Below are positions 1 to 9,800 of a stretch of DNA of 64,000 nt, in pieces. A program made the position numbers and the translations under genes. How positions within the stretch are numbered: position 1 is the first letter of the stretch; each line of letters begins with the position of its first letter. This DNA comes from Macrostomum lignano (taxonomy: Eukaryota). The notes under the pieces are model-generated. The model made no database searches. It had not been told where the DNA came from and saw nothing but the letters and a program-made list of their open reading frames with translations. Where the stretch lies: the NCBI GenBank assembly GCA_002269645.1, contig NIVC01000089.1, forward strand, positions 186,001 to 250,000, read 5' to 3'.

Positions 1-424
1 CTCTGGGGCCGTAGAGTCAGATCTGAGGCGTGCTGGAGTGGCTGCAGAATTTCTGAGTTGCGTCTAAAGCGCATTTGCGTCACTTTATGAATTTGAATCG
101 CATTTCGCATTTGTAACAACTCTGTTTAGCCTACTTAAGTCAGTAGTAAGTTAAGCGCTAACACAACGGCTCTCGGACGACTGTTTCACGACTCTAACAA
201 TTATGCAACTCACGTGATGCGCTTGCGACTCAACAGTCGCCTCTCCGTCGCATTCCAGTCGGTTGAGTCGCTAAAAATGGACCAGAGTCGCTCCAGAGTC
301 ACTAGAGCCACCAGTGAGTTGTTTGCATTGGCAATGACTCTAGCGATTCTTGTCACGGTAACTTTTTTAACAGGAGCCCAGCAGAGAGTAGCCAAAACAA
401 ACAGATATGAGATGCACAAAAAGG

Positions 425-550
425 CAGACAGACAGAGAGACAGAGAAATACAGATAGGTTGACAGACAATAAGACAGACAGCTAGAAACTAATAGACAGA
501 TAGACAGACAGACAGACAGCAGACAGACAGTCAGACAGACAGACAGACAT

Positions 551-597
<47 letters not shown>

Positions 598-625
598 TAC
601 AGACAGACAGACAGACAGACACACA
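425..625. repeat. (GACA)n microsatellite just downstream of the NOV-like stop codon
   Basis: Direct reading: agacagacagac runs. Confidence 0.95.
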
Positions 626-637
626 GTCTGAACGCAG

Positions 638-3600
638 TCAGTCAGCAGTCGCAGATGCGGCTTCATCGCAGTCGGCAGCAGACGGCAGCACCAGCAGTCG
701 GTAGCGGCCGCGTCGCAGGCGGTCCACCAGGTCGGGCACCAGCACGAGGCGGGGCCGGCCGCTGGCCAGGCCGAGCACCCGCAGCAGGCGGTGGCTGGCC
801 GGCTCGGCCAACGCCTGGCGCAGCTCGGCCAGGCTCAGATAGAATCCGGCCGCCTCGCCGGCGCTGGACTTCACCTCCAGCTGCAGCGAGCGGCCGTCGC
901 CAAGCCGCAGCTCAATGTCGAAGGGCTGCGACTCGAAGCTGGCCAGGCCGCGCAGCCAATCAGCGGCCAGGCGTTCGCCGATTCGGCCGGCGAGTTCGTC
1001 TACGGAACTGTCAGCAGGTCGCGAGTTCGAATCTAGCAGACGCTGCACCTGCTCAGGCGTTGGAGCAGGCAGCTCAGCCAGGGTGGCAGTCAGAGCTGAA
1101 GGCTGCTGCTGTTGCTGCAGGAAAAACAAAGGTAGAGCGTTTGTTCGTGCATCGTTGGTGGCAGCTGCAGACGAAGCTGCCGCTGAAGGTGCCGCTGAAG
1201 GTGCCGCTAAAGGTGCAGCTGAAGGTGCCGCTGAAGTTACCACTGAAGGTGCAGCTGAAGGTGCCGCTGAAGTTGCCGCTGAAGTTGCCGCTGAAGGTGC
1301 AGCTGAAGGTGTCCCTGCAGGTGCCGCTGAGATTGCTACCGAAGATGACGGTGGAATCGACATTCGAGGTCGCTTAGCAACGGGTTGATCATCGGCGCTC
1401 GCGTTGAGCTGCTGCCGCTGCTGCTGAACGGACATCGGCGGCTCCGGCAGGTGGCTCATCTTCGCTGAACCACCAGCAGGATGTCGGTGACGCTGGAAAA
1501 TTGTCCACCTCGCGCCGGAATTCTCAAAGCCGACCGGATGCCAGACGGCGCCGCCGTGGGCCAGCAAGCGTTCCTCGAGCCGGCGGTGTCGGTCAGACTC
1601 ATCGTCCGGCCCAACAGCGCCAGCAGGGCGCCGGCAGAGGCTCAGGTCGAGCGCCAATGCGCGCAGATCCTCGCTGACAGGTGCCAGCAGCGGCCCGGCC
1701 AGCTGCAACAACGCCGAGATCAGCGCCTCGCATCTGCGCCGGGCAGCCGCGTAAGAGTCGCCGTTGGCGTCTGCGGCGTCCACCAGTAGGAGGTGGCGAC
1801 AGTCCAATGACGATGTCGGCGATGTTGGCAGCAGCATGTGCGGCCGACGGGTGGACACGGCGGCGAATGGGTTCTGGGCCAGGTAGCGCCGGGTGGCCAG
1901 GCAGGGCGCGGCGGCGACCCGGGTGGCGGCCAGCAGCTGCGGTAGGCCGGCCCCGACAGCGGCAGCGTAGCGCTCCGGCCAGACGCAGTACAGCCACCGC
2001 TGTACACCGTCGAGCAGGTCTGCAGCCTGACGTTCAAGAATCGGTGAGTCCCTCTGCTCGGCATCATCGGGGAACAGGCTGGAGCGCAGGCAGGCTTGAA
2101 GAGTTGGCAAGTTGAGCAGCGACTCCGACTGGCACAGATGGCGCAGCTGATGGCGCAAGTTATGACAGGGAAACCGACGGCGCCGCAGGTCGACCAGCTG
2201 GGCACCGGCGTCGGCCAACTGGCGAAGGAAGTCATCGTCGAGTTCGTCGGCAGGAGCAGCGCTGTCAGCGAAGTCTTCTTTGTCTAAAACGATGGCTGGC
2301 CGGTCGCAGGGTCTGCAACGGCCGCCGGACAGCCGCGGCAGGCAGGCCAGCTGGCGCAGCCGGTCGAGGATGTCCGCTGCTTGGCGCCGCTTGTCCTTGT
2401 TGTCGTCGGCGCTGTCGACAACGATGTCAGCGAGCATTGAGGTCAGGCTGGCCAGCGCCGAGTCGATGCTGCTGGAATCCTCGGCGCCAGTAAGTCGACA
2501 GGCACGCCGCAGGCGAAGCTCGCACCAGGCCAGGCAGGGCCGGCGCTGGACGCCGCAGCAGTTGATGAAGAATTCGGCCAGGTCGGCCGGGTAGTGCAGG
2601 CTGGCCAGGCTGCGCAGCTCCTCCTGCAGCGGCCTCGGCATCGGCGACGGCCAGTCGGCAGCAGCCGACATCTCTATGTTGGCATCTCCGTCGGTGCCAC
2701 CGCACCAGATTGCGCCGGAGCCATCGGCAAATCGACCGTCGACAACTAGGCTACAACGTCGAACGGTGCTGCTGTCGGAATCATGCAGCGAGATGATGTC
2801 GGGCAGGAAGACAATGCGACCCCCAGACAGTCGTGATTGCTGAAGCTCCGTCAGCTGGTCCCAGCCGCGCCAGCAGAACCTGTACACCTCTGTCATCCTG
2901 CTGAGTGAGCTTCGAACCAGGCCATTCGCACCGACAGCCTCCGACCAGGCTACCAGAGCGTCGGCCACTTCAGCGGGTGTCGGGCCGCCGGCGCGGACTC
3001 CAATGTCGGCCAGAAAGTCCGGATCGGCCCCGGCCACGGTGTCGGGCTTCAGCACGGGCAGGAAGTCAGCGGCGCCGAGCGAATCGACGGCCGGGCCTGG
3101 CAGGTGAACGGCGCCAGGCGCCAGGCGTGTCGGCAGTCGCGCAAGACACGGCTGGAGAAGGCAGGCGGTGGGCAGCCAGGCGACAGAGCGGACAGCGCGA
3201 TCGAAGCGACCGTCAGGCAGGTGTCGACTGTAGCGACGCCGCCAAGCCTGCGACAGGTGGCCGAACAGCGACAGCAGAGTGGCATCGTCGACAGTTTTGT
3301 CTGGATTTCCCATCGACATCAGCGCCCAAGCGGAGCTGACGGCGGCGTCAGCTTCTTCAAGAATGTCGGCCAGTTCGGGAAAGTCGCCCGGCGGCGACTC
3401 CATGGGGCCGTCAAGGACGCCCAGGTCATCGACAAGGAACCGGCGCCAGTCGATGATCAGCGCGTTGTCAGCGCCGCTAAAGTGGCTCGCCGACACGACC
3501 TTCCAGGGCCGGCCATTGCGTTGCCATTTCAGCCGATCGAATGCAAAACCGGAGGTGTCCAGCAGCTCTGGCAGGTGAACATCGGCGTGCTGAGACGGCA

Positions 3601-4174
3601 GGACCGCTCGACCGTCGGCCAACAGCAGGGGGACAATGTCGGCCAGTTCGGCGACTCGGTGCGGCGCAGCTGGGCGGAGTCGCCGGGCAGCGTCGGCCAG
3701 CAGGACGAGCCGCGCCTTGACCGCAGGTATCACGGCGCCGCCCAAAGCTCGGCAAGCCAGCGACGGCAGAGCGGCGGCTTCAGCTCGAAGCGCCGGCAGC
3801 AGGCATTCAACAAACAGCAGGTCGCGATCCGGATAGCGGGCGCCCAGCTGCTCAAATCGCTTCATCAGTCGATTAGCAACAAGAGATCCCTGATCGCCGC
3901 CAGGAATCGAACTCAGGGCTTTCGTATCCAGGATGCACAGCTTAGTCAGACTGGGAAACAGTTCGTTCAATAAGCGACAGCAGCTCGGCCAGTCGTAAAC
4001 GGCGGCGTCGGTTGTTTCTTTTGATGTTGCCGCCGATGTCGGAGGCGGCGGCATGATCAGCAGGCTGTCGCGCAGGCAAACGGTGAGCCGGTCTCGGGTC
4101 GGATGAGAACCGCGAAGAGCGGGGATGAAGGCCAGAGACTGGAGGCTGGCGCGGGCTCGGCGAAACAGCGACGG
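638..4174 (-). CDS. Terminal exon of NOV-like gene, includes DUF3883 domain
   Basis: Acceptor ctttcactccctcag|CCG at 4174, in frame with the 1138-aa ORF 638..4054; ends TGA at 638-640; C-terminal GE..PFDI..EVKS..LSLAE motif. Confidence 0.88.
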   Translation of the reverse strand, partial: PSLFRRARASLQSLAFIPALRGSHPTRDRLTVCLRDSLLIMPPPPTSAATSKETTDAAVYDWPSCCRLLNELFPSLTKLCILDTKALSSIPGGDQGSLVANRLMKRFEQLGARYPDRDLLFVECLLPALRAEAAALPSLACRALGGAVIPAVKARLVLLADAARRLRPAAPHRVAELADIVPLLLADGRAVLPSQHADVHLPELLDTSGFAFDRLKWQRNGRPWKVVSASHFSGADNALIIDWRRFLVDDLGVLDGPMESPPGDFPELADILEEADAAVSSAWALMSMGNPDKTVDDATLLSLFGHLSQAWRRRYSRHLPDGRFDRAVRSVAWLPTACLLQPCLARLPTRLAPGAVHLPGPAVDSLGAADFLPVLKPDTVAGADPDFLADIGVRAGGPTPAEVADALVAWSEAVGANGLVRSSLSRMTEVYRFCWRGWDQLTELQQSRLSGGRIVFLPDIISLHDSDSSTVRRCSLVVDGRFADGSGAIWCGGTDGDANIEMSAAADWPSPMPRPLQEELRSLASLHYPADLAEFFINCCGVQRRPCLAWCELRLRRACRLTGAEDSSSIDSALASLTSMLADIVVDSADDNKDKRRQAADILDRLRQLACLPRLSGGRCRPCDRPAIVLDKEDFADSAAPADELDDDFLRQLADAGAQLVDLRRRRFPCHNLRHQLRHLCQSESLLNLPTLQACLRSSLFPDDAEQRDSPILERQAADLLDGVQRWLYCVWPERYAAAVGAGLPQLLAATRVAAAPCLATRRYLAQNPFAAVSTRRPHMLLPTSPTSSLDCRHLLLVDAADANGDSYAAARRRCEALISALLQLAGPLLAPVSEDLRALALDLSLCRRPAGAVGPDDESDRHRRLEERLLAHGGAVWHPVGFENSGARWTIFQRHRHPAGGSAKMSHLPEPPMSVQQQRQQLNASADDQPVAKRPRMSIPPSSSVAISAAPAGTPSAAPSAATSAATSAAPSAAPSVVTSAAPSAAPLAAPSAAPSAAASSAAATNDARTNALPLFFLQQQQQPSALTATLAELPAPTPEQVQRLLDSNSRPADSSVDELAGRIGERLAADWLRGLASFESQPFDIELRLGDGRSLQLEVKSSAGEAAGFYLSLAELRQALAEPASHRLLRVLGLASGRPRLVLVPDLVDRLRRGRYRLLVLPSAADCDEAASATAD

Positions 4175-6295
4175 CTGAGGGAGTGAAAGTCAAAGGGCGA
4201 TTTTTATAAGCATTATAAGCATTTTCATAAGAGGGTGATTATCTCTGCAAGTCAGAGGGCGATTCTGACAGGAAGTCAGTGGGCGATTCTGACAGGAAGT
4301 CAAAGGGCGATTCTGACAGGAAGTCAGTGGGAGATTCTGACAGGAAGTCAGAGGGAGATTCTGACAGGAAGTCAAAGGGCGATTCTGACAGGAAGTCAGA
4401 GGGAGATTCTGACAGGAAGTCAGAGGGCGATTCTGGTTCATCTCCATGAGGCTGACAGGACGATTCACTATTGGGCCAGAAGAGGTGAGTCTCTATCAAC
4501 ATCAGTGGGCCAGTTTCGAACGGGACCAGAGAGCGATGCCTGACACAAGCCTGCAAGCAGACGGCATCGAGCAGTGCGGCTGCGGCGCGCCAGTCAGCAG
4601 CGCCGGTGTCGTTTTTATCGCCGGCGCCAACCAGGCGCGTCAGCATAGCCGAGGCGGCCTCCCCGGATGCGGCCAAGGGCGCCGGCATACCTAGCGCCTG
4701 TTGCAGCTGGCGCCAGCGCGACAGACTTATCCGACCGTGTCTAGTTTGGCGCTTTCGGCGCAGCAGCAGCTCCGGATGCGCCGGCCAGGCGCCTAGCAGC
4801 TGACGAATCTCGTCCGGCCGACTCAGGCCGAGCGTGTCGAGCAGCCCACAGCTGACGCCTCCAACGCCTTCGCCGCAGTCGTCACCGACATCGTCGGTAG
4901 CGGCCAGGACGCTGCCAGGCGGCTGCAACTCAAGACCCTCCCGCTGAAAAGATTCGCCGGTCCCATCGCCGCTGAGCACTGGCAGCCAGGCGAGGCGTCG
5001 GAAGGCGGCCAGAATGGCCCGGCCGGATGGACGGAAGAAGCCCTGAAATTGCAGGGTGACTCAAATGAGCGGCCAATTCGGTGACTCAAATGAGCGGCCA
5101 ATTCAGTGACTCAAATGAGCGGCCAATTCAGTGACTCAAATGAGCGGCCAATTCAGTAACTCAAATGAGCGGCCAATTCAGTGACACAAATGAGCGGCCA
5201 ATTCAGTGACTCAAATGAGCGGCCAATTCAGTGACTCAAATGAGCGACTAATTCAGTGACTCAAATGAGCGACTAATTCAGTGACTCAGTGACTCAAACG
5301 AACGGTCGATTCGGTGACTCTGTGACTCAGATAAGCGGCCAATTCATTACCTGCAGCTCAGTCTCAAGCGGCAGCAGTTCAAAGCAGCGAGAGGCGGCAA
5401 TCAGAGGTCCGCATCGGCGACTCAGCGCCGAATGCACGGCCAGCAGCAGCGACGGCAGGCGATCGCGGAGTCGCTCGTTCCATGCAGAATCTCGGCGAAT
5501 GTCCTCGCGCGAGGAGGGGATCTCGAAGTCGCCCTAAGGGTTGACGGACATCCCGAGTAATTGTGATGCAGACAGTGAGAGCCTTACTTCAAGTTCTAAA
5601 CTTGTACTTCACTAACGTAACCGTTTGGTGAACGCAAATAAGAGTTTCGCTAAATATTCTTTTCTTGCTACTTATTAGTAGGCAATGTCTGATAATAATA
5701 GGCAACCCACCTGCAGTAAAAACCGGAAACCGAAGCTCCTCAGAGGCAGGTAGGCGTAAACCGGGTACTCGGCCTCTTCAACCGCGCCGTCAGCTTCTTC
5801 GCCGTCCATGTCGCCGGCGACTTCACCGACATCGTCAAGCGGTATCGCCGCGGTCAGCTTGGACTCCCGACCGTCGCCAACGTCAACAGACTGCGACACC
5901 AGCAGGTAGTCGCTGGTGGACACAAGGCGGCCATTGCTGCCGCCAGTTCGAGTTTCCAATCGGACAGCCACGTCGTCCGCCGTCTGGTGGCCGGACTCGT
6001 CCAGGCAGAGGAGCGACGTCTCAGTGCAGCGCAGGTCGGCCTCATTGTCGCCGGCGCAGACGATGCGCAGGCGGCGCAGCCGGTTGAGAAACAGCAGAAG
6101 CTCCGGGCGGAGCTCCTCCAGTAGCGGCGAATTCGGCCCGACCGGATTGCGAAGTGGAATTCGAATTTCCGTGCCTGCAGACGCAATTCGGTGCCTCTTT
6201 TATAGCGAAAAGTTATCGCTTTCTAACTTTATACTACCTGTCTGCCTGACTGTCTGTTTGTCTGTTTGACTGTCTGTCTGTTTGACTTTCTGTCG

Positions 6296-6340
<45 letters not shown>

Positions 6341-6342
6341 AC

Positions 6343-6397
<55 letters not shown>

Positions 6398-6446
6398 GTG
6401 TCTGTCTGTCTGTGTGTGTGTCTGTCTGTCTGTCTGTCTGTTTGAC

Positions 6447-6537
<91 letters not shown>

Positions 6538-6542
6538 TTGAC

Positions 6543-6621
<79 letters not shown>

Positions 6622-6678
6622 GTGTCTGTCTGTTTGTCTGTCTATCTGTCTGTCTGTCTGTCTGTCTGTCTGTGTGTG

Positions 6679-6761
<83 letters not shown>

Positions 6762-6762
6762 G

Positions 6763-6801
<39 letters not shown>

Positions 6802-6802
6802 G

Positions 6803-6843
<41 letters not shown>

Positions 6844-9800
6844 CTTAGTCTGTCTCTGTCTGCCTATCTGTCTATTGTCCATAAAATTCTGAAGCTACGA
6901 GTACAATGCCAATCCCATTAGCAACAAGGACAACAAAAAGCAGTCAGCAAAAGCCACACAAACCGCAGGCTGTCCGCAGGCCGGGTATCCAGTGCGGCAG
7001 CACGCAGCCCAACGGCCCAGCTTTGGTCAAATCAAACCGGAAGTGAAAAATTCCCGAATGAATTTCCGGCGCGTCGGACACGCGGAACACGGCCTTGAAG
7101 CCGATGCCCTTGTGCCCGATGCGGCCGGCGGCGTGCGCCGATTTGGTGCTCCGACCGACGTCGCAAATGGCGCGAACGGCGCGCGGAGTGAAGCCGCGCT
7201 CGTTGCAGCTGACGGAGAGCTGGGATCCATCTGAGGGTGTTGGTTTGGGGCGTTTTGGTACTACTGACTCGAATACCTGGCAGTAATATTCGAATACTGA
7301 CTCGAACACCTGGCAGTAATATTCGAATACTGACTCGAACACCTGGCAGTAATATTCGAATACTGACTCGAACCCCTGACACTAATATTCGAATACTGAC
7401 TCGAACCCCTGATAGTAATATTCGAATACTGACTCGAACCCTGACACTCTGACAGTAATCTTCGAATACTGACTCGAACCCTGACACTCTGACAGTAATC
7501 TTCGAATACTGACTCGAACCCTGACACTCTGACAGTAATCTTCGAATACTGACTCAAACACCTGACAAAAAATCTCCCGTCTGAAATTAACCCCACCCCA
7601 AAGCTTACCAGCCGACAGCTGAAAGCAAACAGCAGGCGTCGCTCCCTCCGGGTAGGCGTTATCATCGGCATTCTGCAGCAGCTCCAGCAGGAAGTGAGCC
7701 TCGCCGGAGTACAGATCGCGCGACAGCCGTTCCAGACTGCGACCGAGACGCTCGTGATGCTCGCGCAACGCCTCCGGGACAGCGTCTCCATCGCCGCCCG
7801 ACTCATCGTAGTCAACGTCGATGCCAAAGGCGCCGCGTCGAATACCATCGACAATAACGGCCCGACAGGAAGCCGAGTCCAAGTCTACGGAGTCTTCATC
7901 GTTGTCTACGGTGGCGAGGACAGCGGCGGAGGCGGCAACATCAACGGCTGGCTTGGACTTCGACAAGTTCTTCTGTTTCGACGTAGGTTTGACGTCGAGG
8001 GCTGAACTAGTGGCCGACGTTGACGACGACAACGGCGGCGGCGGCGGCGATGGTCGAAGGTGCGGCCAGCAGGCGGCCAATCGGCAACGCGCGTCGTCGG
8101 GCAGCGAAGCAGCAAAGCCGCCGCGATCGTCAGCATCGTCTGCGCCAGCCGTCAAGAAGCCGGCAACGCAGGCGTCGAAGCCAATGCCGGCGGCAGCGGA
8201 GGCAGGCAGGCGCCGGGCCAGCTGGCTGGCAAACTCCACGCGCGCCTGTCGGGACCAGCCGGCCGAGGCGGCGGCGTCGACGTCCAGCTGGCGAACGGCG
8301 GCTCGAGGGAAATCGTCGGCGTCGGCCTCGACGTCGGTGTTGTCTCCGTCGCCGACGATCGGGGTGGCAGACCCGACGGCAGCGGCAGCGGCGGCACGTC
8401 GGACGGCCCACAGTGAGGCTAAAAGTCCGGCAGCGGCGCGGGCGTCGCCGGACGAGACGGCGCAGCGGTAGGCCTCCAAATTGGCGTCGGCGGCAAGACG
8501 GCGAAGGCAGCCGGAGCCGGAGCGCAGAAACAGCAGCGAGTGGCGGTCCGCGGCTGTGCAGGTCGGGACGGTTGGGGAGTGAGAATAAACTTAGTCCAGA
8601 ACAGGGAGTCAATTACAAACTTTTTTGGTATCTGCAGGGATTCAAGGACATACTGGGTTGGGACCTGGGATCCAAGGACACAGTGGGTTGGGGGATCAGG
8701 GATTCGAGGACACAGTAGGTTGGGATCAGGGAACCAAGGACACACTGGGTTGGGATCATGGATCCCAGGACTCACAGTGTTGGGATCAGGGATCCAAGGG
8801 CATACAGTGGGTTAGGATCAGGGATCCAAGGACATACAGTGGGTTAGGATCAGGGATCCAATGACATACAGTGGGTTAAGATCAGGGATCCAAGGACATA
8901 GGATCGGGGATCCCAGGACACACAGTGTTGAGATCAGGGATCCAAGGACACACAGTGGGTTAGGATCAGGGATCCAAGGACACACAGTGGGTTAGGATCA
9001 GGGATTCAAGGACACACAGTGTTGAGATCAGGGATCCAAGGACACAGTGGGTTAGGATCAGGGATCCAAGGACACACAGTGGGTTAGGATCAGGGATCCA
9101 AGGACACACAGTGGGTTAGGATCAGGGATCCAAGGACACACAGTGGGTTAGGATCAGGGATCCAAGGACACACAGTGGGTTAGGATCAGGGATCCAAGGA
9201 CACACAGTGGGTTAGGATCAGGGATCCAAGGACACACAGTGGGTTAGGATCAGGGATCCAAGGACACACAGTGGGTTAGGATCAGGGATCCAAGGACACA
9301 CAGTGGGTTAGGATCAGGGATCCAAGGACATGGGATCGGGGATTCCAGGACACCACTCGCCCTACGCCTGCAAAGCTACCTACCAGCAGCCGCATTGGCA
9401 TTTAGAAACTCGGCCAGGCAGCCCAGACGTGGACGGAATCGCAAATCCCAGGCCAGCTTCCGTTCGGCATCGGTCAGGAGTGGCAGGTCAGCCAGAGCAG
9501 CCAGGGCCTCCTCAGCAGCCGACACATCGCCGGCAGTCTTAGCTTTAGCCAGCAGACTGGAGGGCAGCATGGCAGCTTCGTCAATCACTGCTGCGCAATG
9601 CGGCTGTTGTTGCATCAAAGCGGAGCCACCGCCCGGCCTCGCTGTCAAAGACGCCGAATGAACGAACGTGGCGTCCAGCGCCTGGGAATGGAAATAGAGA
9701 CAGTACTTTTATATACCATAGAGTGGGATTCTGTACATTTTTTAATTTACCCCATGTTACAGATGTACAATAAAGAAATTCGTGTCATATGCTACTCCTA

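Noticed and set aside
6229-6921. Long ORFs SVCL/TDRQ, and similarly 11989-13326, 26796-27858, 34105-34959, 39114-40851, 41626-42450, 44913-45783
   Set aside because: Stop-free translations of tandem repeats inside introns; only the short spliced parts of some (e.g. 39114-39180, 40571-40704) are exonic.
8635-9345. Telomere-like GGGTTAGG in the 32-bp repeat
   Set aside because: Single TTAGG word per unit, not a (TTAGGG)n tract.
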